Virus record (IMG/VR): IMGVR_UViG_3300045988_184227
Strand: one strand, 5' to 3'
Source: a virus
DNA length: 64,000 nt
In this document: piece by piece, positions 36,760 to 47,258 of the stretch
Position numbering within the stretch: the stretch's first letter is position 1
How the letters are laid out: each line of letters opens with the position of its first letter
The notes under the pieces: generated by a model
Database searches by the model: none
Told to the model about the DNA's origin: nothing
The model's input: only the letters and a program-made list of their open reading frames with translations
Program-made: the position numbers and the translations under genes

Positions 36760-38208
36760 TCAACTTTCAAGCCTTGAAATCTCATCTCGAAGATCATCAA
36801 TTTCTTGGTTCAAAGAATCAATCTCATCATCTTTGTATTGAATTGTGCGTTCAAGATCTTCACGTTCTAAAGAAAAATCTTTTTCTAAATCCTCTCGCAA
36901 GTCAGACTTAGCTTCCTCGATAATTCCATCGATCGTATCTCTAAGAGAATTATGATCATACTTATAAAGGAAAAAGTCAATATCTTCATTAGAAATCAAT
37001 TTGTAATATTTCATTAAGACGTCCGAAAATTTAGCTCCTTCACCCTTGAGTTTTGATAAAATTTTCTCCTTAAGATATACTTCAGCAAGAGCCCCGCTTT
37101 CGTTTAACAGATTTCCATCTTCATAATCAAAGGTTACACTAAAAATCTTTTTCTTGTGTAATTCAAGGAGTGATAATGATTTATTTTCTTTGCTGAAATA
37201 ATCATAACATCTAATACTGCGAGTTTTTCCCAAAATTTTCTTTTCCTCCTTGAAGAACTTATAGAAAATATCCGGTAACTCATCTCTCTTATTAAACATT
37301 GTGTAAATATCACTGCGACAGAATGGTGATTCTTTCAAAAAGTTATAATCCATCAACTCGTATCTCTCAACTGTACTGATATACTTGGTAGCTTTCTCTA
37401 TTGAGATAATACGTTCCGGATTATTAGAAAAATATTTCTTCTTCAAATATCCAAGTCGTGCCATCTCCTTCAAGATAAAGTGAAGGAGAATATCGATACC
37501 AAACCAATCGCTTTCCAAAAGTGTTTTGATACCGGATTTCTCAACAAACTCAGCTACTTCGTCTGACAAATTACCATTCATAATATCATCAATCTCAAAC
37601 AAAATTAAGATAGATGGAAAAAAGAATTTATTATCTAAAGGATTTTCTTTTAAATAATCAAATTGTTCTAGAGTAACTTTTTGTAAATATTTCATAAAGT
37701 TCTCACTTTTTCGAACATCTTTTGCTTTCAATCCGAGTTCTAATAAGAACAAAATTGACTTGTATCCCTCATCACCTTTAATATTTATTGATTTTAGGTA
37801 ATTTTTTACAAAAGGAACAAAGTCGTCCTTTTTTAAATTATCAGATAAGGTTGAATCTTCAAAATCTTTTCTAATAGAATCAAACAGTAATCGTTTTAAT
37901 TCATCCTCATTTTGATTAATCTTAACTGAAGCAGTTACAGGAATTAGATTGTAAATATTCAGTGGTTTTTCAATTTTTTCTTTCATCATCTTTATAGTAA
38001 TTAGATTGATTCCACCATCGGATGATTCGATTAAGTAAATTGTTTTTGTGGTATCATCGTAATAAGCGATACGAGAATTGAATAAAGATCCACCTAAATC
38101 AACAACCGAGATATCTTCCGGCTTTTCAGATAAAAGTTTAGCTACTGTTTTTAAATAAAACTTACCTTCCAAAGATTTGCTCTTTGTTGGCTCATCAGTT
38201 CTTTTCAT
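36760..38208 (-). CDS. Hypothetical protein with an N-terminal VVDLGGSLFNS...LIESSDGG segment and a C-terminal coiled coil
   Basis: The N-terminal motifs are reminiscent of actin/ParM/Hsp70 phosphate loops. The C-terminal heptad-rich tail is acidic. Confidence 0.45.
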   Translation of the reverse strand: MKRTDEPTKSKSLEGKFYLKTVAKLLSEKPEDISVVDLGGSLFNSRIAYYDDTTKTIYLIESSDGGINLITIKMMKEKIEKPLNIYNLIPVTASVKINQNEDELKRLLFDSIRKDFEDSTLSDNLKKDDFVPFVKNYLKSINIKGDEGYKSILFLLELGLKAKDVRKSENFMKYLQKVTLEQFDYLKENPLDNKFFFPSILILFEIDDIMNGNLSDEVAEFVEKSGIKTLLESDWFGIDILLHFILKEMARLGYLKKKYFSNNPERIISIEKATKYISTVERYELMDYNFLKESPFCRSDIYTMFNKRDELPDIFYKFFKEEKKILGKTRSIRCYDYFSKENKSLSLLELHKKKIFSVTFDYEDGNLLNESGALAEVYLKEKILSKLKGEGAKFSDVLMKYYKLISNEDIDFFLYKYDHNSLRDTIDGIIEEAKSDLREDLEKDFSLEREDLERTIQYKDDEIDSLNQEIDDLRDEISRLES

Positions 38209-38298
38209 TATAAAAATCCTTCTTTTCTAACTGAAATTAATTCAGTAAAATATTTTTCTTAAATTATAAAAGAAGAGTGAATATCTCACTCTTCTTTT

Positions 38299-38925
38299 TT
38301 AGATATTGTACGTTTCATCCAAAAATTCAACAAATCGTTCAACGTTGCCTTCAAGTGACACGTCAGGAAGAACGTTGAAAACTGGCAAACAGAACAAATC
38401 TTGAATAGTTGATACACGTTCTTGTTCGAGTTGAACTCGATCGATACGTCCGTTGATTTGTTCTTCGTCACCACCACGAGATTTGATACGCTCGATAGCA
38501 ACATCAATAGGTAGATTCAAAATCACAGGATATACCTTTACACGTAAACCACCATACTCGTAATACAGGTCACCCTGATCTTGGAATACGTGTGAGTAGA
38601 AGTTCGTATCTGCAACTAATACAGCGTGATTGGTGAAATTATCAGTTTTCGAGACAACCTCATCTTTCGTAACGCCGTAAAGATTTTCTTGGAATTTTGT
38701 TTCCTCAAAAACTGAGTTTGATTCGGACAATTCATTGGCTTGTGCCTCTGAAAGAAAATAATAATCAACTCCATCTACCTCCCCAGGCCGTGGGGGTCGT
38801 GTGGTATACGAAATCAATGTGTGCTCATCGTCGAAAATTTTAGATAGAGTTGTTTTCCCAGAACCTGAAATTCCGGTAATCACCACAATACCAGCTTGAC
38901 GCTTTTCTTGGTTTTCGATAATCAT
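38299..38925 (-). CDS. gmk: Guanylate kinase
   Basis: P-loop ITGISGSGKTTL. YTTRPPRPGEVDGVDYYF matches the GMP-binding signature. Confidence 0.8.
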   Translation of the reverse strand: MIIENQEKRQAGIVVITGISGSGKTTLSKIFDDEHTLISYTTRPPRPGEVDGVDYYFLSEAQANELSESNSVFEETKFQENLYGVTKDEVVSKTDNFTNHAVLVADTNFYSHVFQDQGDLYYEYGGLRVKVYPVILNLPIDVAIERIKSRGGDEEQINGRIDRVQLEQERVSTIQDLFCLPVFNVLPDVSLEGNVERFVEFLDETYNI

Positions 38926-38967
38926 AATTTGATTACCTCCCTTCTTTCTATATTATTTTTACTTTCC

Positions 38968-39525
38968 TTAATTATAAGGAATATATTTCTTCAAAATATC
39001 TTTTGAATTGTTTGAGTTCTTCGGATCTAAGTAATCTTCTGACAATTCATCAAAAATGTTATCCATTCTCATTTTAACAAATTTCTTTAAAGAGTCCAAC
39101 TGATAAATGGTCATAATTGGATAATTTTTATCTGATAACGGGAGATGTACTGGGCAAACCCCAAGAACGATCTCGTTAGAAGAACTCTTCAATTTTGATA
39201 CTGTTAATTTTAGTCCATAAGTTGATGATAAAAGCCCATTGTGAAAGAATGGCTTTAATTCAACTCTTAATTTTTGTTTATTCTTTGGGTGATATGTAAA
39301 TAAAAAAATAAACATAGATAAGTCTTCTCTTTGAGCATTCTTCATCATTTTTTTATTTTCTTCCATCAGATTCTTTGCAATCTTTTCCCAAGTGGAATAA
39401 CGTCGATTAAAATTCTGAATTAAATTCAGGATATCATCTTTCTGAGATAATTCCAGAAGTTCTTTCAGACGTTCTTTAAAAACAACATCTTTTTCTTGAG
39501 ATAAAATCTCAGACTTTAAAACCAT
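38968..39525 (-). CDS. Hypothetical protein
   Basis: ORF with promoter-SD leader at 39526-39600. Confidence 0.5.
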   Translation of the reverse strand: MVLKSEILSQEKDVVFKERLKELLELSQKDDILNLIQNFNRRYSTWEKIAKNLMEENKKMMKNAQREDLSMFIFLFTYHPKNKQKLRVELKPFFHNGLLSSTYGLKLTVSKLKSSSNEIVLGVCPVHLPLSDKNYPIMTIYQLDSLKKFVKMRMDNIFDELSEDYLDPKNSNNSKDILKKYIPYN

Positions 39526-39589
39526 TTTAATTCCTTCTTTCTATATTTTTGTTTCTTATATTATATCAAAAATGTCAGTTTTCTGCAAC

Positions 39590-41160
39590 AAAAAAGAGGG
39601 TTTTAAATCCCTCCAAACCGGTTTTCCCCTACGAGGTGTTCACCGGAAACTATTATAAGACTGGTGGGGTATTCTTCGGGCGATACCTCACATCAACGCC
39701 TAAATATAGGTTTAAATGGTTTATACAAATGTATCATTTGTTATCATTTGTATCATTTAATTTTTAACATTCCACAATGACTTTTAACTCATCGTTTATG
39801 TTAAAGGCAACCTACATCACCTCTATAAGCCCTCTTTGGTGAATACCAAATACGGGTTTACGTGTATTTTTCTATTAACTTTTTATTAGACAATATATTA
39901 TAACCAGTCAAACTTCTTGTATGAAATGATACATTATTTCTGTTGAGACAAATACCAAATTTACTCAAACCCTTACTCAGGATGTTATATGATCCATTAA
40001 TATCAGCATTAATAAGTTTTCCGTTCTTAGATTTATACAAACCTCTTTTTACACGTTTTCCAGAAAATGTATATTTTTTACCATCGTTTTTCCAAACCGG
40101 AATTACATCAGAGTCTATAAAGCTAGCTTTTGATGTGTAAGATTCTTCCTGCTCTACAACTTCTATTCCTCGTAACTGACATTTGTACTTTAGCTGAGAA
40201 ATAAATTTATTATAGGGAATTTGAACAAAATTTTGATTCCCCTTTTTACCAATAGAAATACCAGACTTTAAACCAACATTTTTACCAATAAAAACCTTTT
40301 CAAGTGCCATCTCGTCGAAAAATTCTGCTAAAAATCCTGTGATTTTATGAAATTCTGATTGCAATTTCATCTCACGATTTCTAAAAAGACGGTGGATGTG
40401 CTTACTTGTTTTTTGATTATTTGGTAATTTAGATTGATATTTAGATATCAGGCGATTATACCCTTGATTGATATATTTAACATTCAACCCCTTAATCAAA
40501 AGCGGGTTCGTTCCATCAGAAAATGTAACCGCAGCCAAATTATCAACGCCGAGGTCAATTGAAGCGTATTTATGAGTTTTTCTTAAAGGTTTTTCTTTAA
40601 CCTCGTAAATAACATCAATAAAAAAATAACCATTTCTTGGAATTATCTTGACACATTTTGGGTTGTCAACTTTTGTTGGAATTGAGATCCTCAGATCTTT
40701 TGGGCATAAGATAAGTTCGTTATTTCCCCCACGCTTTTTAGCGAAAGTTTGGTTTGTGAACTCAACCGCATACCTACCTTCTGTCTTGTGTAGATATCCT
40801 GGGATCTTTGGTTTGTTAGTTATTTTCTTATTTGACTTGTCATTGTAACCTTTTAAAACCTGATAATATGAACTGATATTACCACCCAACATTTTTATGA
40901 TATTGGTTGAAACCTTAGATGGCAATGCTTTCATATCGTTCTGGTCTTGTTTCCTAAATTCAGAAACTAATTGTGACCAGCTTAGTACTGGTTTTTTATT
41001 TTCTTTATCAGACTTTTCTCGTTCAAATATTGATTGACGGATTTGATACAATCCAGCATTATAAAGATTCTTAGATTTAAATGTTAAATCATCACAAATT
41101 TTGTATAAATCATTGCTAGGTTTGATTAGATGTCTTTCTACTTGTCTCACTACTGCCTCC
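39590..41160 (-). mobile_element. IS605/IS1341-type element remnant: tnpB-like gene plus downstream structured non-coding right-end region. No tnpA.
   Basis: TnpB RuvC motifs. GC-rich 270-nt non-coding tail with hairpins at 39590-39857. Confidence 0.55.
39858..41150 (-). CDS. tnpB: TnpB-like RuvC nuclease lacking the CxxC...CxxC zinc finger
   Basis: RuvC-I IDLGVDNLAAVTFSDG. RuvC-II EESYTSK. RuvC-III INADINGSYNIL. No Cys between RuvC-II and RuvC-III. Confidence 0.75.
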   Translation of the reverse strand: MRQVERHLIKPSNDLYKICDDLTFKSKNLYNAGLYQIRQSIFEREKSDKENKKPVLSWSQLVSEFRKQDQNDMKALPSKVSTNIIKMLGGNISSYYQVLKGYNDKSNKKITNKPKIPGYLHKTEGRYAVEFTNQTFAKKRGGNNELILCPKDLRISIPTKVDNPKCVKIIPRNGYFFIDVIYEVKEKPLRKTHKYASIDLGVDNLAAVTFSDGTNPLLIKGLNVKYINQGYNRLISKYQSKLPNNQKTSKHIHRLFRNREMKLQSEFHKITGFLAEFFDEMALEKVFIGKNVGLKSGISIGKKGNQNFVQIPYNKFISQLKYKCQLRGIEVVEQEESYTSKASFIDSDVIPVWKNDGKKYTFSGKRVKRGLYKSKNGKLINADINGSYNILSKGLSKFGICLNRNNVSFHTRSLTGYNILSNKKLIEKYT

Positions 41161-41444
41161 TTTTCTAAAATTTTTTATCAACTTATTATATCATAAAATA
41201 TTTAAAATAACAAATTCAATTCAAAATTGAATCAAAAAATATACAAAAATAAATAAAAATATAAATAACGAATTAACCTTAAATAATACTCTGAAATAAT
41301 TCCGTGATAACATTTTTGATAAATATATAACTCATCAAATCTATTTTAGCTTATTTATTATCAATAAAAAGTTATTAACTTTTTATTAATTGGAAATGTT
41401 ATATAATAGTTAAAGAAATAATAAAAAAAGGAATGGTATAGATT

Positions 41445-43271
41445 TTGAATAAAAAATTATCATCAATCATTGCTTCCGGAGCTATTTTGTTAACAGTTGC
41501 ACCAGCAGTTGGTACACTTGTTCAAGTTGGAAGCAACGTTGTTCACGCAGAAGCGTTTAAAGCTGGAGCTCAAGCAACCCGAACATTAAAATTTAATGTA
41601 AAAGCTGATGAAAAAATTAATACAAAAACTGAAACCGTTGGGGAACCTGTTGACTTAATTATGATTGTTGACGGTTCAGGATCTCAAATCGAACAATTTA
41701 ATAGTGGTGACAACCCAAGTCGACGTAAAGTTAACGTTGCGCTTGGTGACGCATTAAAACTTGTAGAATCACTCCCTGAAGGATCACAGGTTATGATTGC
41801 TTCTTATGACACTAACACAGTTGATTCTTATGCCAAAAAAGGAATTACAAAATTAATTCCTAAAGCAGACGCAATTAAAGTATTGAATGATGTTAAAGAC
41901 TCATCACCAGAATCAAAATACCAATTGGAATGGTATCGTGTTTGGGAGAAATACCTAAATAACGCTGGAGATAAAATCTACGATAAGTCATCAACAGACA
42001 GACCATTTGAAGAAGCTTATGAAAAAGATCCTGCTAAGAAAAACAAATACGTATCTGTAATTCAATTTACGGATGAGTGGGTCCAAGATGAGGCAATTGA
42101 CAGCTCATTTGCAGACTGGTCAAAAGCTAAAGCTAAAACATTTATGAGTGTTCTTTATCCTAAAGCAGATGGAAACCTTCGTTCTGAAACAATGATGAAG
42201 GCGGTTGGACACCCTAACATCTACAATTCTCGTGGAAAGAGTGACGCTGCTCGTCAAAAGGATATCATCGAAAAATTCAAAGAAACAGCAATCAAGACAA
42301 CAACTACAAAAACTCGAGTTTCACCAGAGGGAACTGTAACTGTTTCAGCAGAGAAAGATGTAAATCTTTCAGAAGTTGAGTTGATTTCACCAAAGGGTAC
42401 TAAAACAAAACTTGAAGTCAAAGATGGAAAGGCTACTTGGTCTGGAAAATTTGATGAAGACGGCGAATACAAAGTGAATTACAAATTTACTGGAACACCT
42501 TCTGAAATTAAAAAAGTAACCGGTGATGTTCAAGTTTCAGGCAAATCAGTAGTTAACGCTGTTGATACGATTGAGCCAAACAAATCTTCTGCTGTTGATA
42601 CAGCCAAAGAGGACATCCCTTTCAAAACCATTGAAGAAAAGGATCCAACACTTCCATTTGGTGAACGTAAGGTTAAGGTTAAAGGGGTTCTTGGTGAACG
42701 CACAATTACAAAAACATACGATGTTCTTAATGGTAAACGTGTAGGAGAACCTAAAGTTGATACAAAAGTTACAAAAGAACCGGTTGATGAAGTGGTCCTA
42801 GTTGGTACTAAAGTAGACGAAAAAGTAACTTACAAGACAATCCACAAAGGTGACGATGGTAAGGTTCTTAAAGAGGAAAATACCGCAGCTGAAAAGTCAG
42901 AGTTTGATGGTTACAAATACGTTAAAACCGAAGCTGATAATTCTGACAAACTAAACGTAGTGACAACCCATTACTACCATAAACTTATTACAACCTATAA
43001 AGGTGTAGACGCAAACGGTAAAGAAGTTGTACTAGAAAAAGTTGACGGAACTAAGAACAAGAAAGACTTTAAGGGTTACATCTTCGAGAAAACAGAAAAA
43101 TTAGATAACGGTGACGTGGTTCATCACTACAAAGCTAAAAAGGCTGATGAAAAGAAAAAACCAGTAGAGACCGGAGCTAATGCTTCTTCTGCTATTATGC
43201 CATTAATTGGTATTTCTAGTGGGCTTGGAGTTCTAGGTGCTGCTGCATACATCGTTAAACGTAAAAAATAA
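41445..43271 (+). CDS. VWA-domain plus G5-like-domain surface protein with C-terminal PVETG-hydrophobic-KRKK anchor (TTG start)
   Basis: Signal peptide. MIDAS motif DLIMIVDGSGS. G5-like GERKVKVKGVLGERTITKTY...VDEVVLVGTK. C-terminal KKPVETGA, a hydrophobic segment, then KRKK. Confidence 0.7.
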   Translation: MNKKLSSIIASGAILLTVAPAVGTLVQVGSNVVHAEAFKAGAQATRTLKFNVKADEKINTKTETVGEPVDLIMIVDGSGSQIEQFNSGDNPSRRKVNVALGDALKLVESLPEGSQVMIASYDTNTVDSYAKKGITKLIPKADAIKVLNDVKDSSPESKYQLEWYRVWEKYLNNAGDKIYDKSSTDRPFEEAYEKDPAKKNKYVSVIQFTDEWVQDEAIDSSFADWSKAKAKTFMSVLYPKADGNLRSETMMKAVGHPNIYNSRGKSDAARQKDIIEKFKETAIKTTTTKTRVSPEGTVTVSAEKDVNLSEVELISPKGTKTKLEVKDGKATWSGKFDEDGEYKVNYKFTGTPSEIKKVTGDVQVSGKSVVNAVDTIEPNKSSAVDTAKEDIPFKTIEEKDPTLPFGERKVKVKGVLGERTITKTYDVLNGKRVGEPKVDTKVTKEPVDEVVLVGTKVDEKVTYKTIHKGDDGKVLKEENTAAEKSEFDGYKYVKTEADNSDKLNVVTTHYYHKLITTYKGVDANGKEVVLEKVDGTKNKKDFKGYIFEKTEKLDNGDVVHHYKAKKADEKKKPVETGANASSAIMPLIGISSGLGVLGAAAYIVKRKK

Positions 43272-43366
43272 AATATTTTTATAAAGTCGGGTGGGTGATT
43301 CCCATCCGCTTTTATAATTTTAGAAAAAAAACAAACTTTAACAGTTTTAGAAAGAGGGTGCTTGTT

Positions 43367-44149
43367 TTGATTACAACAAACCAAAATCACAATTTGCTTT
43401 TAGAATTAGAAAAACACATTCTTAAGGTTCTAGATCAATATTCAAAATCTGGAGACCAATTTCTTAATTTTCCAGAAAAGGGTGTATTCCCCCCTAATAA
43501 AATGAGAATCGGGGTTGGACATAGAAGCTCCAAAATTGTATTCTGCATTTTTAATGATAAGTTCTACTGTGTAAACTCGGGAGAAATGTTGCCAATTGAT
43601 CAGTTTGTAACGCTTTACGATTCTAGCATTGACTTTCAAAAAGAGATGACAGATATCGTAGTAAACGCCGATGAGTTTGCAAAGATTCTTGTTAATCGTG
43701 TGGCAAATTACAATTTTAATACATTTTATTACGACAAAATATATGGATTTCTTTATGAATATATGATTAAAGGAGAAGCCTCCAAGCGTGAGGCACGTGA
43801 ATTTCTGTATAGATTTTACGAACTTTCAAACGAAGACAGTGCTTACAAACATAGCTTGCAAGATTTCGTCTATAACCTACTTTTCAAAGGATCTGATAGC
43901 CTTGCTGTAAAACATCTGAAATCTAAGCCATACTCTCAGACTTTGAATAAAAATTCAAACTCTGATTTTTCAAAAGTCTTATCTGATTTTGTTACAGATG
44001 AAAATAAACTCCTGGAATTTCTTCAGAGTTTAGGTAAGTCAACTTTTGGGGATTGGGCCTTTGATTACCTGGAAAAAGAATGGGACAATCTATTTGATTT
44101 TGATAAAGAAAAATTCAAAAAATTATTGTCAGATAACAATATCGAATAA
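43367..44149 (+). CDS. Paralog family B member 1 (TTG start)
   Basis: LLLELEKHILKVL...IVFCIFNDKFYCVNSGEMLPIDQFVTLYD aligns with 44245 and 51762. Confidence 0.55.
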   Translation: MITTNQNHNLLLELEKHILKVLDQYSKSGDQFLNFPEKGVFPPNKMRIGVGHRSSKIVFCIFNDKFYCVNSGEMLPIDQFVTLYDSSIDFQKEMTDIVVNADEFAKILVNRVANYNFNTFYYDKIYGFLYEYMIKGEASKREAREFLYRFYELSNEDSAYKHSLQDFVYNLLFKGSDSLAVKHLKSKPYSQTLNKNSNSDFSKVLSDFVTDENKLLEFLQSLGKSTFGDWAFDYLEKEWDNLFDFDKEKFKKLLSDNNIE

Positions 44150-44244
44150 TTCTTTGCGAGAAAATTGGAGGTTTCTTGAAACTTCCAATTTTTATTTTTT
44201 GTGGTATAATTTTTAAAAAAAGAATAAAGAAAGAAGGATTGTTT

Positions 44245-45492
44245 ATGATTCAAACTAATAGTGGTGGTCTTCTGCTGAGATTAGAACAGAAGATTTTGGA
44301 GTCAATTAATCTATACGTCGATTCTGGAGAACAGTTTTTAAATATTCCTGATCGTGAAGTATTCGATGATGAATTTATCAAATTTAAAGCAAAGAATATT
44401 AAAAAAGTAGTATTCTGCTTAGACAACAATAAATTTTATCTTTTATCAAATGGAGGAGCTCTTCCGAGGGATAAGTTTGTTGTGCTTTTTGATGAGGAGA
44501 AATACGGATATGAGATTCCGGACACATTAACCTCAGAACTAATGAAAAATATTTTATTAACGAGATTCTCAAAAGGAAAATTCGGAATTTTTTCTTGTGA
44601 TGATTTTTATCAGTTGCTTTTCAAATATCACAAGTATTGTGATTCGAAGAACTCTGATTTAGATTTGGATGAAAGCAACTTTAGGACAGCTTTGAGACGA
44701 TATAAGTTTTCAAACACAAATAGTGACTTTGAGGTTGAACTCAAGGATTTTGTTTTTGATGTATTTTTTAAAAGTGAAAATAAGTATGCAATTGTCTCTT
44801 TTGAAAAGGGTTATTTGACCACTCAGTTAGAAGATTTTTTCTTCAATTTTATAAATAGTGAAGATAAGTTGTTATTTTTCTTCAAGAATTTAACAAAACC
44901 ACTTGGTAGATCTGAAAAGAAACTTCTATTTTCAATTTCAAAGAAAATTCCTGATTTTAGTTTGTTAAACTTTTACAAAAACTTATTATTAGACTACAAC
45001 GAAATATCTGTTGCGGATTTAATTTCAATTGCTAATGAATTGTGTGATGATTTTTTTAAGTTATTCGAAGATTCAAACTTAAATATTAAGGTAACACCGA
45101 GATTTAACGAGGCTTATTTTGAAAATAATAAGGATGAAAGTTTCGAAATTAATTTTGGGAAACTTGTGGAAGATAAAAGGATTCAGATGATTGGCCTTGA
45201 AAGTTTAGTGAGTAAAATAGAGGATCGATCTAAATATTTAAAAGAATACAGAGATTCTTTACAAAAAAGATTAGATAGAGGTAATCTTGATACATCGAAA
45301 TTTAAGGATGATTTTTCTAGATTTAATACAGAATACATTGAATTTAATGTTGGGTTAAAAACTTTAATTCTATTTAAGAAGCAATTATCCGACAAGGAAA
45401 GTGAATCTTTAGTTGAATCGTTAAAAAAAATTAGTGTGAATCTGGCTGGAACTGGGTTTTCAGGCCAATTTGCTCAAATTCACGAAAATTAA
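44245..45492 (+). CDS. Paralog family B member 2
   Basis: LLLRLEQKILESI...VVFCLDNNKFYLLSNGGALPRDKFVVLFDEE. RBS AGAAAGAAGG. Start refined from the ORF track. Confidence 0.6.
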   Translation: MIQTNSGGLLLRLEQKILESINLYVDSGEQFLNIPDREVFDDEFIKFKAKNIKKVVFCLDNNKFYLLSNGGALPRDKFVVLFDEEKYGYEIPDTLTSELMKNILLTRFSKGKFGIFSCDDFYQLLFKYHKYCDSKNSDLDLDESNFRTALRRYKFSNTNSDFEVELKDFVFDVFFKSENKYAIVSFEKGYLTTQLEDFFFNFINSEDKLLFFFKNLTKPLGRSEKKLLFSISKKIPDFSLLNFYKNLLLDYNEISVADLISIANELCDDFFKLFEDSNLNIKVTPRFNEAYFENNKDESFEINFGKLVEDKRIQMIGLESLVSKIEDRSKYLKEYRDSLQKRLDRGNLDTSKFKDDFSRFNTEYIEFNVGLKTLILFKKQLSDKESESLVESLKKISVNLAGTGFSGQFAQIHEN

Positions 45493-45493
45493 A

Positions 45494-45521
45494 AAAGAGG
45501 TTTTAAAGCCTCTTTTTTGTT
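45494..45521. terminator. Bidirectional terminator between convergent genes
   Basis: AAAAGAGGTTTTAAAGCCTCTTTT palindromic hairpin with A/T runs on both sides. Confidence 0.65.
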
Positions 45522-47258
45522 TTAGATTTTTGCAAGATAGATTTTTAGGATTGTCTTCAAAACTGAAATTGATTCAAACTCGTCGTACAGACCAGACTCG
45601 ATACTTTCGCTGAATAAGCCAATCTTCTTCTTAAATTGTTCAGCTGTCTCACCGTCTGGAATTAGAACAGTCAGATCATCCTTGTATTGATTCAGAAAAT
45701 GTTCGAATAGTTTAACACGATCATCGGTTTCGTCGACTTTTACAGTGATTAGATTTATCAAATCTTCAAATTTGAATCCAAAAACTACAGGTTCTGAGAA
45801 AGACAATTCCTTGCCGAAATTAATCATCTGAAGTATGCGTTTTTCATAATCATCAAATTTCTTGATAAGAATTGTTGATTCGTACTTCAAATTTTTTTCA
45901 ACCTTAAATCTGCTCACAACCTTCAAAGACTCGTCCTTGTATCTTGATTTGATTTTGATAACAAATAAATCACCGAGATCAACACTTTTAGAACTGTAGT
46001 AGTAGTATCGTTCTTTTTCTTTAGTGGCTGAACCTTCCTCAAACGCAATATATTCTGATAGAAGATCATCACGATTGTCAATTTTCGATTCAATGAAATC
46101 TAGTACGTGATTAGAAATCTTGTTGAATGATGATTTTAGTAATGATTCTGGACCAACAGTACAATAAAAACTTCTAGATTTTTTAGATGTGTGATTCGAT
46201 AGATGATGATAACCATTGTCAAGGATATACAATAAAAACTTCATACCGTACCCAGGACTACGTTTTGACAGTTCCTTGAATAAATACAGAATGAAATTAT
46301 CAGTATCTTCCAACACCTCTTCAAATTGCATACCGAGAGATTCCAGTTTTTGATTTAACTTTTCTTCATCATCAAAGCTGTCGTAAAGATCTTGTTTTGT
46401 ATACAAACTATACAAATATTTAGAAATATAGTTCAATCTCAACTTTGAGTTGTTATATTTATCTTTGGAATCGATTTCAGGAATCAAATTATCAATAAAG
46501 TTATCCCGTTCGTTCTTTACGAAAGATTTTACGTACTCTTCAAAAGGTTTTGTGTAAGAGAGAAGATTCTGATTCATTATTTCAAAACCATCTACTGATA
46601 ATTTTAAAGCGTGTGTCCACTCTTCTGAAGTAGATTCAGTGAAAATTAGAGTTTTAAGGGCCTCATCACGCTCACTTTCGCTAAGAATGCAAAGCGGAAC
46701 TGGGAATCTACCTGAACGAACCCAGTGTTCAGTTGGTTTATCTAAGAAATTATTAGAATAGGTAGACTCGTACTCTAGTAATTGTTGGTAAAGTTCTTTT
46801 AGGTTTTTTACCACAAATTTTTTAGCCGCACTCTCAACAAACTTTTTCAATGCGTCCTTATCATCAATCTTTGGCTCAATATATCCAAAATTATTTTTGT
46901 ATAAAGACAAACCAAAAGCGTCTTTCAATAAGGATGAACCTTTATTTTTGTTGAAGTTTATAGTACCAATCAGAATAGCTTGTTGCTCTAACTTACAACG
47001 TGAAATACCATTCATCCTAAATATAAATTTTTCCGTATCAAACAAGTACCAAACGTCGATCTTTTTGAACATTAACGTTTTCAAAGATCCTTCTTCCTTG
47101 TTAAGATAGTTACCCTCATCTTTGAAATTGTAGATTGCAAAGCATAGATCATCTACATTTTCTTTGCTAAATTTGAAGTCAGATTTTGATACACGCTCAA
47201 AAGCACTCTTAATCTTTTTAATAGTCTCCATCTTGCTGGATCCTGATGTTTTAATCAT
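45522..47258 (-). CDS. Paralog family C member 1
   Basis: VWYLFDTEKF near the N-terminus. C-terminal IESGLYDEFESIS. CTATTTAAATAG palindrome plus SD leader. Confidence 0.6.
   Translation of the reverse strand: MIKTSGSSKMETIKKIKSAFERVSKSDFKFSKENVDDLCFAIYNFKDEGNYLNKEEGSLKTLMFKKIDVWYLFDTEKFIFRMNGISRCKLEQQAILIGTINFNKNKGSSLLKDAFGLSLYKNNFGYIEPKIDDKDALKKFVESAAKKFVVKNLKELYQQLLEYESTYSNNFLDKPTEHWVRSGRFPVPLCILSESERDEALKTLIFTESTSEEWTHALKLSVDGFEIMNQNLLSYTKPFEEYVKSFVKNERDNFIDNLIPEIDSKDKYNNSKLRLNYISKYLYSLYTKQDLYDSFDDEEKLNQKLESLGMQFEEVLEDTDNFILYLFKELSKRSPGYGMKFLLYILDNGYHHLSNHTSKKSRSFYCTVGPESLLKSSFNKISNHVLDFIESKIDNRDDLLSEYIAFEEGSATKEKERYYYYSSKSVDLGDLFVIKIKSRYKDESLKVVSRFKVEKNLKYESTILIKKFDDYEKRILQMINFGKELSFSEPVVFGFKFEDLINLITVKVDETDDRVKLFEHFLNQYKDDLTVLIPDGETAEQFKKKIGLFSESIESGLYDEFESISVLKTILKIYLAKI

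Noticed and set aside
39549-39767. 72-aa plus-strand ORF in the region downstream of tnpB.
   Set aside because: It lies antisense within the GC-rich structured tail of the TnpB element and has no RBS. It is more likely part of a non-coding right-end or guide-RNA region.
43127-43390. Minus-strand ORF 43127-43390 and plus-strand ORF 61851-62117, both ending ...APVSTGFFFSSAFLAL.
   Set aside because: Both are antisense readings of the duplicated 3' ends of the VWA/G5 paralogs. They are identical because of the repeat, not because they are genes.
44176-44244. N-terminal extensions proposed by the ORF track, for example 44176 for family B2, 54736 for the Toprim gene, 58010 for family D2 and 43295 for family B1.
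   Set aside because: Each extension runs through the upstream terminator or promoter. A consensus AGAAAGAAGG SD sits 5-9 nt before a downstream in-frame start that also aligns with the paralogs.
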